Assembly: GCF_006345805.1 (NCBI RefSeq)
Contig: NC_043009.1
Coordinates: 18,104,001 to 18,168,000 of the forward strand
Source: Octopus sinensis
Lineage: Eukaryota
Length of the DNA stretch: 64,000 bases
Direction of reading: 5' to 3'
Position numbers and translations under genes: made by a program. Each line of letters opens with the position of its first letter. Position 1 is the stretch's first letter. This document shows positions 1-13,780 of the stretch, in pieces. Below the pieces are notes generated by a model, which did no database searches, was not told the origin of the DNA, and saw only the letters and a list, made by a program, of their open reading frames with translations.

Positions 1-244
1 TATGTTGACTGGTGATACAGTATCGGCAGATTTTCGCGATCCAGTGAACCTTTATACATTTATGCAGTTAGGAAATTTTACAAATACACTTTCTGAAGGA
101 GATATGATATACCTATTATAATGGGTAATACTACATGTACTACATGTACTACCGAATAATTGTCACATATAACATTTACAGATAAATCTCTATTTACATA
201 ATATCGAGGTCTCGTTCATTCTTTTGTTGTCTTACCATTTTTAT

Positions 245-260
245 CAACTATATATATATA

Positions 261-310
<50 letters not shown>

Positions 311-360
311 GTAGATGATGTATGTATGTATGTATGTATGTATGTATGTATGTATATACA
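245..360. repeat. (TA)n/(TATG)n compound microsatellite, representative of dozens of similar tracts in the window
   Basis: Direct read of TA and TATG runs; source of the YIYI/MYVC ORFs. Confidence 0.95.
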
Positions 361-430
361 TACATTTATGCTTAACTGTATATTTGTATGCGTGTTTACA
401 TGGGTCGGCGAAATTCGTAACCAAGGTGCT

Positions 431-541
431 GGTGGCGAGATGGCAGAATTGTTAACACGCCGGGCAAAATGCGTAACGACATTGCGTCCGTCTTTATGTT
501 CTGAGTTCAAATTCCGCCGAGGTGGAGATTGCCTTTCATCC
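431..541 (+). mobile_element. tRNA-headed SINE, family C, 5' fragment
   Basis: ggtggcgagatggcagaattgttaacacgccgggcaaaatgc...ctgagttcaaattccgccgagg matches copies at 32184 and 46900-47240; A-box- and B-box-like motifs. Confidence 0.8.
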
Positions 542-907
542 ATTTTTGAAATTTTGACTTTTGATTTAAGATTTTCTTCGATTTCAGATAATATGATTTT
601 ATACCTATCATCATTGATTAGAAAAAAAAACATTATTTGAAAGGACCAATGAAAAAAAAAAAATTCAAATGTGTATCTGTCAATATAAGTTGTATAGAAT
701 AAAAAGTTTTGAATGGTACAACAATGCACTATAATGCAGACAATGGGCTATGTTCCTGTTGTAATTTTGTCGTCCATAGTCTGATATGATATTTCGGAAT
801 AATATTCCTTCTTCAGATTTTTTTAGATAGAGTCGCTGCTATAATCGTTTTCTCACTGCTCTTATACTTTATATATACAAACTTTATTTTTACTCCATTC
901 TCAATCT

Positions 908-951
908 AAACTGTCTGACGAGCGCGAAATTGAAACACCGAGTAGCAGTTT
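908..951 (+). ncRNA. Minimal type I hammerhead-ribozyme-like motif
   Basis: aaactgt-CTGACGA-gcgcgaaatt-GAAAC-accga-GTA-gcagttt; 7-bp helix I, conserved core, weak helix II. Confidence 0.5.
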
Positions 952-1943
952 TCGTGGCCTTTTTGTGATGTTTTTTGCAGCTTTAATAAAAAATAATGCA
1001 TATTACTCTGCCTCCGGTATTCGAGTACTATTTTTCCCACCTTGTTTCACATTTATGTGTTTACTTTTGTATGTATGTATGTATGTATGTATGTATGTAT
1101 GTATGTAGGTATGTATGTAGTATGTATAGTATGTATGTATGTATGTATATAATATATATATATATATATCATATATATATATTATATATATATTATATAT
1201 AATATATATAACAAGAGCGATAACGAGCCAACAGCAAGCCCCTCTGTGATCGTGGGATCAGCCAGCAATAGTAACCAAATAATTCACAAATGATGCTCTG
1301 TTGTCTTAACAAGCATGGCCACAGATTACGGACTAAAACAAGTAAAAGATAAGAGTGCATTGCACAATGAAGTGCTGGACAGACAAAGAAGAATGAATTG
1401 ATCATAGCTAGAACACTTTTGATCATTAGTTTGCTCAATCATGGTCAACAGCAATAGTCATAGCAAAGTGGTGGTTTGCTTTCCTCTGTGCAGTGCTAGA
1501 TAGAACTTAAACAACTATGTACATCAAAAATACTGGAAAATGCGATGTTTAGGTATAAATTGCTATCTACTTGATAAATATCAATATGGTAACGAGGTAC
1601 AGGTGAGCACGGCACGATCAGTCTAAAGAAGCCTTAATAAAGAAAATAAACCAAAGAGAAGCAGAAATCCACAGACATGAGATAAGAATAATCATGTCTT
1701 TTCTGTTAGTTCGTGACTGTTGATTCGTTCTTGTACTCTAGAACATGAAAGGTACTCGATGCAGGAATATGCCTTGCAGAACAATTTCTCTCCATAGTCT
1801 TTTTGTTTAAAACGCATCAATTTCAGCTATAGAAAGAAATTTTTCTCCAGGGCAAAATTCTGCAACAAATGCCTTTCACGTTCTAGTGGCTGAAATAAAT
1901 GTACATATCTTTATTTTGATTCTCACTGCTTTCTGGCTGAAAC

Positions 1944-2026
<83 letters not shown>

Positions 2027-2364
2027 TATATATACATACATACATACATTACATAAACACCCACACCACACACACACACACACACCACACACACAAACAC
2101 ACACACACACACCACACACACCACACACACACACACATATATATATATATAATATATATAGTGATATATTTCGGGATGATCATTTTTTTTGCCAAATAAA
2201 CACCCGCAACATATTCATTCTTCACTCGTTTATTACTGTTCTTATTGTAACTCATGTCCATTGCCTGGAAATCTTTCGTCACACATTTGTGACCTCTTCA
2301 GTGACACTTTTCGTTTTCGTGTGTGCTCTTGCTCCACTTACTATATATATTTCAGATTTACATA

Positions 2365-2500
2365 AAACAAAAGACGATGACAGGTGAGGGAACAACAAAC
2401 AGGTGGCAGGTGTATTAGTTTGACGTTCGGGAAGAATGGAAAAGTCTTTGATTTTTCGCGCCTACACTCTTCGACAGAAATGATTAAGAGGGAGAAAATG
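2365..2500 (-). mobile_element. Penelope-like pLTR-type repeat fragment (same family as 26945-27785)
   Basis: acaggtg...tgtattagt...aaagtctttgatttttcgcgcctacactcttcgacagaaa is homologous to the left arm at 26980-27080; degenerate hammerhead core. Confidence 0.55.
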
Positions 2501-3379
2501 GAGAGAAAATGAAAAAAAAAAACGGATAGAAAGAAAAATGTATAGAGATATCAACTAATAAAGTACTCTATCCAATGATAGATAAATATAATGTATACTG
2601 TATCAAAGTAAGAGCTACTAATAGATTCTTGCTATTAATACACGTGGTTAGGCAAATTTTAATACGTGCCTTGTGTCTCCAAGCAATCTGTTGGCTCTGT
2701 GCACATGGTTTGTTCTATTTGAAAATCAGGACACTAGTGCAGGAGAAACCACGAGAAAAAAACGAGAAGGTTGATGCAAAAAGTGAAAATAGAAGACAAA
2801 GGGTGAATAAAATCCTTAAATCCTTTAAAATGTTTTAGCCCGAAGGCCGCGGCCATGCTGGGGCACCACCACAGAAAAAAAGTTTTAAAATTAGAGTTAA
2901 GTCCCCTTTGATCGTAGAAGTCATAATTAAACTAGTTGTTGTAGCATCATTTATTGGGGAGGATGTCCAAATTCTACAAGACAGTTATTCAATTCGGAGA
3001 GGGTGGTGTCCTCCACTTCGTCAAAAGAAATTTGTCCATATGATTGCATTTGCTGAAATTTTCGATCTGGAATTAAGTAGTGTGGTGGAATTCATGAATC
3101 TAAAAAGAATGTGCGATCTTTCAGTTACGCATAACTTGCAGAAGAAATAAACATCAGAGATGCTTCGTTTCACGAAGAAACTGCAGGAGCTACTCAGAGA
3201 TATTGTAAGCTTTTCTAAATCGATTGCAATGCTGGAAACTCTTCCGTATCGTCAACAGGTACCTCAGGTTCACAAACATTTCGTCCCTCAGCCTGTGCGC
3301 TTCACCTGAGTAGAACAGCGAAGACTTGGCTAGTCTTCACCCACGGAAGAGTTCCAACTTACGGTCTCTTGGTAATAAT

Positions 3380-3515
3380 ATCCATCATGAGCTTGTCATG
3401 CCTATTTCCTTGATGGCTTCCTTCAGTTGTCTGGGTTTCAGACCTGTCTTCTGCAGGAAATAGAGCACCGAACTAGATGTAAAGTCACAGTGGAGAATGA
3501 GGCCGCATGCCAGTC
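3380..3515 (-). pseudogene. C-terminal fragment of an RLE-type non-LTR retrotransposon (HERO/NeSL-like)
   Basis: Minus-strand CDFTSSSVLYFLQKTGLKPRQLKEAIKEIGM resembles the CRGF...L..LG......AI..I tail of HERO-type ORFs (recalled pattern, not searched). Confidence 0.4.
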
Positions 3516-3516
3516 C

Positions 3517-3557
<41 letters not shown>

Positions 3558-3804
3558 ATACACACATGCGCATGCAAGCACACACACAGGAACACACATA
3601 CACATACACACACACATATGTTCATGTGTGTGTACATATATCTCTGAAAATGCTGTAGGAACACGGACACACACTACTGGATGGCGTGTTCTGTAGGCGG
3701 GGTAAAGAAACGAAAAATGAAAATAATTTAAATTAAAAGTGTGAACGGGGCTTAGAATACAAAAATTCGACATAGCAATAAATAATGTAATAGAACGAAT
3801 ATAT

Positions 3805-3821
3805 ATACACACATACATACA

Positions 3822-3855
<34 letters not shown>

Positions 3856-4070
3856 CATCCATCTATACTTACATACATACATACATACATACATGCATGC
3901 ATGCATACATACATACATACATACATACATACATAGATACATACATACATACATACATCTATACTTACATATATACATACATACATGCATTCATACATAC
4001 ATACATACATACATACATAACAACATACATACATACATACATACATACATACATACATACATACATACAT
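3805..4070. repeat. (CATA)n microsatellite
   Basis: Long CATA run. Confidence 0.95.
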
Positions 4071-4827
4071 AGGTGACTATTACATCATGTCACATTTCGA
4101 AGCAATCTACTCCTTGTGCATTTGATGAGGTTGGTAATTGACAATATGGAAAGGCTAATATTTCTCAAGCAAAAGAAGAGACCGGCTTACACAATCATCG
4201 CTCACACAATCTATAAGCGGAACAGTAAAACTATGCAAAAGTTCAATATGTAACAGTTATAGTGATTGTTATCGAAATTCTAGCGATGAAGCTTTTGATT
4301 CTGTGTTCAAAACCAACTTTTTTTCTTTTAGGAAGAATGCTGACAAATAAATAAAAATAAACGATACATACATATTTAGATGCATACATACGTATATACA
4401 TACATACAGACAGAGAAGGAGAGAGAGCTGACGTAGAGAATGTGTGGAAACATAATATATATGGGTGCATGAGTGACGGTGTGTGGGTGCGTGCACACGC
4501 ATGCGTGTGTGCTTATGTGTGAGTGTGTGAGCGTGTGTGTGTGCGTGCCCGTGTATTTATAATCCGATCATTATTCGGATATTTCTGCTTCAACCCCACT
4601 CCCAATCTACTCACACATACACGCACACACACATACAGACACAAACGCACACAACACACACACACACATTACCGACTTTTCTTGCACATACAACCCTACA
4701 TTCACTGATACACCACCCAGCACCATTTCTCCATGTCTATTGTGTGCTAATATCCTCAGCTACTATAAAGCAAAAATTCCTACAGCGTATGTATAGCAGG
4801 GGTAACGTGCATTTCTGTCTGACGAGT

Positions 4828-5031
4828 GGTGGCGGCGGCGGCGGCGGCGGTGGTGTTAAGGGTGGATTGGGGCATGTTAAGGAGGAACAGAGAAGGGGTG
4901 GTGGAAGTGGGTGAGATGAAATCTCACTGTAGAAGAGGATGGTGAGTCTGCAGCAACAACATTCTGTCATCACAAATAGAATCTTACACAACAACAACAA
5001 CAACAATAAACCCAGCAGCAACAACAATGAT

Positions 5032-5066
<35 letters not shown>

Positions 5067-5226
5067 TAGCACTTTTAGTTGGCACCACGCAGTTGCTTGC
5101 AGCTTCAACAAAGTTCTTCATTTTTTGCGGCAGAGGCAACAACAACAGCAGCAGCAGCAATTAGCAGCAGCAGTGGCAGTAGTAGCAGCAGCAGTAGCAG
5201 CAGCAATAGTAGTAGTAGTATAGTAG
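4828..5226. repeat. Trinucleotide repeat cluster (GGC)n, (CAA)n, (CAG)n, (GCA/GTA)n
   Basis: Direct read. Confidence 0.9.
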
Positions 5227-5321
5227 TAATTTGCTTTATATCTAAGACCTTGAAATGGTTTTAGATGTAAAGCGATTTCTAAAGTAATGATATATATAAG
5301 TTTCTAAGATCATTATATATA

Positions 5322-5396
<75 letters not shown>

Positions 5397-5783
5397 CATA
5401 TATATAATATATACATATATATATAATGCATTTTCGAAGCTGATATTATCACGAAATATATAGGTTACTGAAATATGTAACTTTTCTAAAATCGTCATGT
5501 ATACAATATTTCTAACGCCGTCATACGTACAAAGCTTCTAAATACCATGAAATATATAAAATTTATAAAATCTTGAAATATATACATTTCTAAACATTAT
5601 TAAATGTATATAGTTTCTAAAGTCGTAGATTGAATAAATTTCTGTCTAGAGTTGGAATTAGTCGAATTCTGGGATCCAGTTTGAATCCCAATGATCCCAA
5701 CATCACTTGTGGAGCTAATTCCTTGAGTAAAGCAAGATTTATATACAATATGGTAAATATTTTCCCTAACATCTTCACTATCT

Positions 5784-5989
5784 GGCGCAGGCGAGTGTTA
5801 AGAAGTTTGCTTCCCAACCACATGGGTCGAGGTTCAGTCTCACTGCCTGGTACCTTGGGCAAGTGTCTTCAAACCTCGAGCCTACCAAAGCCTTGTGAGT
5901 GGATTTTGTAGACGAAAACTGAAAGAAGCCTGTTATACACGTGTATGCGCGCGCGCGCGCGTGTGTGTGTGCGTGTGTGTGTTTGTGTG

Positions 5990-6020
<31 letters not shown>

Positions 6021-6100
6021 CTGAGGATATACCCCACCACTGTCTTCAGTCTAATGACTGAAGCAAGCTATTGATCGAAGACAAAAGACAAAATCTGGTC
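5784..6100 (+). mobile_element. SINE family B, degenerate, with expanded internal (TG)n
   Basis: ggcgcagg...gttcagtctcactgcctggtaccttgggcaagtgtctt...ccaaagccttgtgagtggat. Confidence 0.8.
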
Positions 6101-6677
6101 ACGTGATACTGTTATATTTCGTCTCTCATGCTTAGACAATAAAGTGGGTGAGGTTGCTTATGGCATTGATTTCAGTACTTGATTGATCAAATCGCCTCCA
6201 GTGAGGTCTGATCTCAGAACTGAGAAGGACGAAACTAAACACCGAGTGTATTTTATTAGGTGCTCTAGCAACGATCCTGACATCCACCATCCTCAAAGTA
6301 TGGATGAAATACGTGGATTGAAGGGATGGGATATAGTTGATAGACGCGCCCTAGTCACGTGGATTTTATCATTCCTGAACAAATGTAATGCCAGAATAAG
6401 TCCCTAGGGGGTTCTGAGACCATGTTGTAAAGTAAGGCAGCTGAAGATCATCGCACATTTTAAAGCACTCTCCCGATTCATTTATTGAATTTGTCTTTAA
6501 AAATGGTTTCTTTAAAATATTCTGAACAGTTATACATATTATATCCTTATCATATTTATTTTTTTCTTTCGATTCTCTATATATCTGATTATTTATATGA
6601 GATGGCTTCTTCATTGTATAACAGTTTCTTATATAGATGCGAAATGGCGAATAAAGAACGAGCTAACTTTTGACAAA

Positions 6678-6777
6678 TCACCTGAGGAAAGATCTCTTTA
6701 TCTATGATGCACAATTGTTTGTACAGCATCTCACCAGCGAAGTACCGGTGCACAATAGGTCGAAACGATCGTAGTGA
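6678..6777 (+). ncRNA. Minimal hammerhead-like motif with long helix II insert (Penelope-like pLTR)
   Basis: tcac-CTGAGGA-aa-gatc...ggtc-GAAAC-gatc-GTA-gtga; helix I tcac/gtga, palindromic helix III ACGATCGT. Confidence 0.65.
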
Positions 6778-7587
6778 ATAAAGAGTCAAGTGAATTTAAT
6801 TTTCTTCCTCTCATATTTTTATCATTTTATACGTATATTTCTTTTATTTAGCTGTTATTTTCTTTATTTCATTCATGTAGTTCGTACAGTCCATATTAAT
6901 AACTACGAGTAGAAATTTAAAAAGTTAAAACGTGTGAAAAATTTTATCGTGTGAGATATTTAGTGATTATTGTATGACTTTTGAATTACACAAGAGTGTC
7001 AGTTTTGGCGCGTACGCGCGCGATCACACACACATACACTCACACACACTCAAACGCATACACACACAGGCACACACACACACACACGTATGTACAGTAC
7101 ACATACCTTTGCTACTGTGCTATAAAGACTGAATGCCGATTACCTTCAAATTTTGCAATAGTACAAGGTTAACGTGGTTCTCGTAACAATGTCTGCACCT
7201 CGATTTCATAAGTTTTTTTTTTTAGAGATAATCAATGAATGTGTTCAATATTATAGACTTTCCAAAATATCCAAATAATATGTCACCTACTCTACAATAT
7301 GTGCATCGAGCCAACGAGGAAGCCTCAACATAGTGGTGCTTTAAATGCTAGAAATAACGTCAGCTGTCTTCAGGAAAGAACACATCAGACAACGTAGACA
7401 TAGGTTCACTTAAAGAAAGACGCGATGGTCACAGCTGGCATGCATTGAATAAGAGGTAAGGAACAACAACAGCACACACACACACATTTATATACAAATA
7501 TATACACACATATACATATATATACATACGCGTATACATGTACACACATATACATTTCACATATAGATATATACATACACATGTATG

Positions 7588-7655
<68 letters not shown>

Positions 7656-7760
7656 TATATACATATATATATATGAACACATATACATGTATATACATAT
7701 ACAAATATATATACATACATATACATACATAAACGCATACTTATGTATATATGTATATAT

Positions 7761-8321
7761 GGTTGTCCGGAAAGTTCGTGCCGATTTATAGTAGTTTACC
7801 TTTCGACTTATTTTAGAAAATGGTTGGGTCCATTAAATAGGATTTGACTACACCTCCATTTAGAGCACAGTTTAAGCTATCTTTTCGTGGAAGAAGGTTT
7901 ATGTTCCCATAACCTGTGTTAATTTTGTAACCCTTTAAAATGGAAGATAAGAAAGTTCATTTTCGGCACTTGATGCTTTGGGAACCAGACAAAAATTGCT
8001 GCAGCTCGGCTGGGATGTGTTACCCCACCCTCCATATTCACCAGATATTGCTCCTTCAGATTTCCACTTATTCAGGTCTCTGCAGAATAGTCTTAATGGT
8101 AAAAATTTCAATTCCTTGGATGACGTAAAAAGATACCTTGATGAATTCTTTGCCATGAAACCACCTCAATTCTGGGAAGAGGGTATTTTCAAGTTAAAGG
8201 AAAGATGGAGACGCATTGTGCAACAAAATGGTTCATATTTGATTGATTAAAATGTAATGGCAAGTATTTATTGACCTTTTTCTTTCCTTTAAAAATCGGC
8301 ACGAACTTTCCGGACAACCCA

Positions 8322-8324
<3 letters not shown>
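7761..8324 (+). mobile_element. Internally deleted mariner element
   Basis: TIRs ggttgtccggaaagttcgtgccgattt / aaatcggcacgaactttccggacaaccc in TA context; N-terminal MEDKKVHFRHLMLWE joined out of frame to the C-terminal segment. Confidence 0.93.
7978..8250 (+). pseudogene. Mariner transposase C-terminal fragment
   Basis: WDVLPHPPYSPDIAPSDFHLFRSLQ...GIFKLKERW: canonical mariner YSPDLAPxD motif. Confidence 0.93.
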
Positions 8325-8407
<83 letters not shown>

Positions 8408-8483
8408 TGTGTATACATGTTTATATGTGTATGTGTATATACGTATGAATATGTGTTGTGTTGTATATATATATATATATAAG

Positions 8484-8593
8484 AAAAAAGCAACAAGAAT
8501 GGATCAATATTTCGGTACAATTGTTTCTTACGAAGACAGCTTTATTAAGGCTGCAATTGTACCGAAATATTGATCCATTCATGTTGCTTTTTT
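8484..8593. repeat. Inverted repeat (about 40-bp arms) around a broken hammerhead-like core
   Basis: aaaaagcaacaagaatggatcaatatttcggtacaattg / caattgtaccgaaatattgatccattcatgttgcttttt. Confidence 0.85.
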
Positions 8594-8712
8594 CTTATTT
8601 ATAATCACCCCGCATTATCTTATGGTTAACACCATAATACTTTCTGGTGCATCTAAGTTAAGTACCGCATTCATGTGAATTCAACAGAACTCACTTGAAT
8701 CTTAATTGCTTT

Positions 8713-8758
<46 letters not shown>

Positions 8759-8794
8759 ACATATATAGAGAGAAAGGGCGAGAGAGAGAGAGAA

Positions 8795-8847
<53 letters not shown>

Positions 8848-9168
8848 GTATGTCTAAGACAAAATATATTAAATGCTATGCATTATGTGTCCTTGATTTA
8901 CTGAAATTATCTCCGCTTCGAGGGTAGGTAAACAATCGTCTAATGGCAACTGACATCAACTCCGAATGAGTTATTTCCATTGGGTCATTTTCTCATTTAG
9001 AGTTGATTCTAATATCCACCCGGCAATTGTTTTATACACTCTGGATGCAGAGATAAATTTAAATAAACCAACAATCTATCTAATATGATATTCAACATGA
9101 ATTTATTCGTCTTTGTTATTCAAATGCATATAATTGGCCACTCTAAGTTTTCTGCGTGCGTGTGTATG

Positions 9169-9213
<45 letters not shown>

Positions 9214-11054
9214 TTAGACCGACAGACAGACAGATAGATTAATAGCTTTTGTTTATACTGTGGCACAAAAACATAAAAGAGTTCAAAATAACATTATGAA
9301 GAAAATGTGTGTAGTTATTGTGTTTAATATATGTGAATAAACTCGCTGACGCGTACGGCTTACAGAATGGATGGAGCTGCAGTTTGGGTGTTATCCCTGT
9401 TTGTCGCGTATAAGTGTACAGCCGCGCGCGTGCGCACATGCATACACACGCTGTTACACACACATACATTGGTGCGTAAGTGTATAATAGCTGTGCACAT
9501 ACTATAATGGCCTCTGCTACGCACAACTGGTTGGTTTCGCACCAGTTCCACTCGGATATTCCCTACTACCACTCGACCTTCTATCTCTATTCAACCTTGT
9601 CGTGTACGAATCCCCACGCCACCGCAGCAACCACTATGCCCAGTTTTTTGGGGGTTTTTTAAATCTTTTCTCTGCTTATGTTGGCCTGCAAAAGTTTAAG
9701 CGGAATATTAACGGCATCAGTCTCAGTGGTTCCTGCGTAATGGCTCTAAATGTCGAAATTACTCTCTCTTCCTTCAGATTCTACAGGTAAAAAGAAAAAA
9801 ACACATACTTCCATATCTTAAATGATTGGTATGATTTGAGCGAATCAAGTGAACACATAGTGTCAGAGTAATGCATTCTGCTGACCAATTAAACCCTCCT
9901 CACAAACTGATCACATCAATACAATTGATGTTACGATAAATTATGGAAAACTGGATAGTGTCCCTGCGATACACAAAGAAGGCGGCGAGATAGACTGTTC
10001 GCTCGAGGCGGTTCTATAGCGGGGCAGTACTGCTGATGTGCATTATGCTGTTTTCCAGGAGAGGGAAACAGCAAATGAAAAGACCAACGTGTTATACAAC
10101 TAGCTACTTCAGAAAAGTGTAAACTTTTCTGAAGTTGTAATAGTGAAAGAACAAGCAAAGGGGAGCTGGTACGTATACGGGCCAGAGACTAAGGTGTGTT
10201 GGTCAGAGAATCTTTGCTTTCGGTTTTCAATTGCATTATAGTCGAATGGGCTTATTTTGCATGCGGTCCAGGATCTTTGCAGTAACGTAACAAGGTTTCG
10301 CATCGCCCTAGGTAACCCCTAGTGTTTGCTGGCCTCCTCCCACGAAAAGCACAATATGGAAAAATGTCAACCGCTACGCTAACGGATGGTTGTGAGCAAC
10401 AGCTGCACAGTCCAGATGTAGAAACAGTATCCAGCTTGTGACTGTGAACGGAACGGCTACGCTGAGATGTTGTTTAAGCTAAGTTATATTTGTTGGGTCA
10501 CCATGAAAGATGTCAGAGATCGTAAAACTTAGCAAAATATAACCTTTGAACTCTGCTCTGTCTCTTCAATATTCGATATTTTCTGTTTATTCAACAGTTA
10601 TGTCACACACTACAGTACAGAGTAGATGTTCACTTTTATGAGGTCAAGAGTCCAATATTTAAACCATAACAAAATTATTGATATTAAGTTTTCCTAGATT
10701 CGCTATTTCATTTCAGAAAACCACCAAACTATAGATAACATAAATAGTTCACACCTCTGCATATAATATAAAGCTTTTAACAGCAATCAAATCTGTCGTT
10801 CTTAAACTGGAAGGGCACATTCGATAATGTAGTTAGTCTCTAATATACAAGACGAGATGATCATGTTGAAAAGTCTTTAATCGTAACCTGGTCCAAGGGT
10901 TGATTTCGGGTTCATCATGATCATCCTTATACATTTCTTCTCCTTGTCCTCCTCTTCATCATCATCGATGCAAACAACAATAGTCACATATGGAATGAAA
11001 ATTCAATAAGCAATCATAGACATAAAATAAACATCAAATAATGCGTATGAGTTT

Positions 11055-11700
11055 ATGTATCAACTTCTGCTCGTGTGTTATGTGAGTGAACATACATACG
11101 TTTGTACGTACGTAGATACATGCATGCATGCATACATACATACATGCATACATACATACATACATACATACATACATACATACATACATACATACATACA
11201 TACATACATACACATTGATGGTGAAACTCTTGCTCCAGGATGGAAAAACGCATGGAAGAGACTTGATTGTTGGATATTGGTGCATGAAACTAACATTCCA
11301 CCGACCATATCTTATCTATCTGTACCAGCAAACTCTCATTGGGAACAGAAGCAGACCACACTGGTTAGCTCTGGCAGAGACAAAATGATCCCCAAATGCA
11401 GAACCACCCACATGGCAAAAAACTACAGGCCATTTGCATGCCAGAACTTAATGTATAAGATATATACAGCGTGTTCCCTCCTCAATAATAAAAAAATAGA
11501 AGCGACATACACACATACATACGTAAATACATACATGCAAACATACATACATACATACATACATACATACATACATACATACATACATACAAACATACAT
11601 ACATACATACATACATACATACAAACATACATACATACATACATACATACATACAAACATACATACATACATATATAGATACATACATACATACATACCC
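11055..11700. repeat. (CATA)n arrays flanking a unique segment
   Basis: Direct read. Confidence 0.9.
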
Positions 11701-11810
11701 TGTTGTTGATGTCGAAACTCCTATGAAGGAGCCTTAGATCTAAGCTAGAAACTGACTCTTTATTGGCAAGAAATCTTGAAATAAAACTGAATAATGACAT
11801 ACATACATAC

Positions 11811-11988
11811 ATTACATGGAATGCGAGCAAGAGAAATAATATTCATAAGATTATAAATCTGGAAAAATTATTACACCTGGAAAAGTTCGGGACAACTTGT
11901 TACATCTGGTAAATTTTCTTGTCCTGAACTTTTCCAGATTTATAATCTTAAGAATATTATTTCTCTTGCTCACATTTTTCCATGTAAT
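11811..11988. repeat. Foldback/MITE-like inverted repeat
   Basis: attacatgga...gagcaagagaaataatattc..aagattataaatctggaaaa and its reverse complement, plus inner ctggaaaagttcgggacaa / ttgtcctgaacttttccag. Confidence 0.8.
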
Positions 11989-13247
11989 CCATGGTTTTTC
12001 CAGGCTATGCTATTATGCTAATTAATAATGTGTCAAATGTGTCAATTAGCGGTGTCGTTGATAATTTTTCCTTACTTCAATAATGCCAGTGACATGTATC
12101 AAAAGTCCTCTTATAGAACTATATTCATAAAGAAAGTATAGAACTATATTAGCGCCCTCAAATATGGGAAACAAACACTCATAACTTTTTTCATTCAAAA
12201 CTTCATTGCGTAAAATTGATACCACGAAATTCCTCGAATTGAGCTTTATCATTTAAGCTTTATTAAAATATAGTTTGCTTTTAAAATAACAAGTTAATTA
12301 TACTTAAATCCAAATTTTTGCCTTATATATTTTCATGATATTTTACCTCACAACTTTTTTGATACAAATTTTTGTTGCATAGAAACAAAAGTATGAAATT
12401 CTTCATGCTTCCTTCTGTCATTGAAGCTAAGACAAATACATTTTGTTTTTAAAATAAAAAAAGTTATTTAGATCTAAACTTGATTGGTGGCGTTACTTCC
12501 TCTCCTACAAATTTCGTCGCTACAAATTTTGATGTAAACTTTTTTTCTATGAGACCAACTCCCAATTTTTTATGCTAAGGGACCAGTCCTCTTCAAAATG
12601 TTAACAGTTTTCAATTTGGTTAAGAACTGAATTAGCGACGAGCTCTGAGAGATGCTCCGTGTGAATAAATTGCGGCCTTAAGAATATTATTCAATTACTA
12701 CCATTGTTGAATGATACATACATACATACATATAATTACACACACACACTTATATATGTGTGTGTACGTGTATCCATAGATATGCATGTTTGTGTGTGTG
12801 TGTGTGAGTGTGCGCACGCGCATAAACTATATTAAGTATTAAAGTAAATGTATCTCGATGATGTTGATGACGACGCCGACGCCGACGACGACGTTAGTGC
12901 GTGGTAATGAGGATGGTAGCACTGATATGGCGATGAGCGTGGGGGAAGAAGATAATGACGGTTGTATTTGTCTTGGTGCTGGTGATGATGTGAAGTGTGT
13001 TTATGAATCTAAAGCCGGAGTTGTTATCATCGTACTTAGCTTTACGGTCAAATTAATTCCACTGAGGAGGTTTGTCCAGATATGATTAACGGATTCAGGA
13101 GATTAAGATTAAAGTGGCTTTGGTAGTTTTCTAATGTGGTTGTGACGGATGGAAAGTGTCAGATTCTGGCTACACGAGTTTGTGTGGATGTGGGTGGAGT
13201 GTAGCTCTTGGTGTGTGTGTATATATATGTATGTATATGTATGTATG

Positions 13248-13279
<32 letters not shown>

Positions 13280-13780
13280 TGTATGTATGTATGTATGTAT
13301 GTATGTATGTATGTATGTGTGTGTGTGTGTGTATGTATGTATGTGTGTATGTGTGTGTGTATGTATGTATGTATGTATGTATGTATGTATGTGTGTATGT
13401 CTGTGTGTGAAATAATGATGGTGGCTTTTGATATGTGTGCGCGTTTTCGGAGGAGATAGAGAGTGGGAGTGGCTGTTGTGTATCTGTGTCTGTGTGCGTG
13501 TGTGTGTGTGCGTGTGTGTGCGTATGTGTGTGTGTGTGTGTGTATGTGTATGAGAGAGAGAAGAATGACAGAAAATGCGGTTAAGAACGGTTTTGATGTA
13601 TGTCTGTGTGAATGAGAAAGACTGAACGTGGTTACTTGTGTGTGCTGACATCAATATCGGGCCTCTGTTCATCTATGTATGTGCGTGTGAGTGTGTCTGT
13701 ATATGTGTCCGTGAGTATATTTGACACACAGAATACACGAGTGGGTCTTTGAGCGTGATGGCCATTTATGGGAACCTATG

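Noticed and set aside
1553-1602. Exon ending at CAG|GTGAGC (INCYLLDKYQYGNEVQ)
   Set aside because: Strong donor but poor acceptor and no supporting homology
2264-2306. Minus-strand hammerhead CTGAAGA-g-GTCAC...GTGAC-GAAAG
   Set aside because: Helix II is good, but the cleavage triplet reads CCA and helix I does not pair; degenerate at best
4939-5223. Poly-Q/N/S/A ORF resembling a transcription-factor low-complexity region
   Set aside because: Built from trinucleotide repeats that stay open in several frames and on both strands; no domain or convincing splice context
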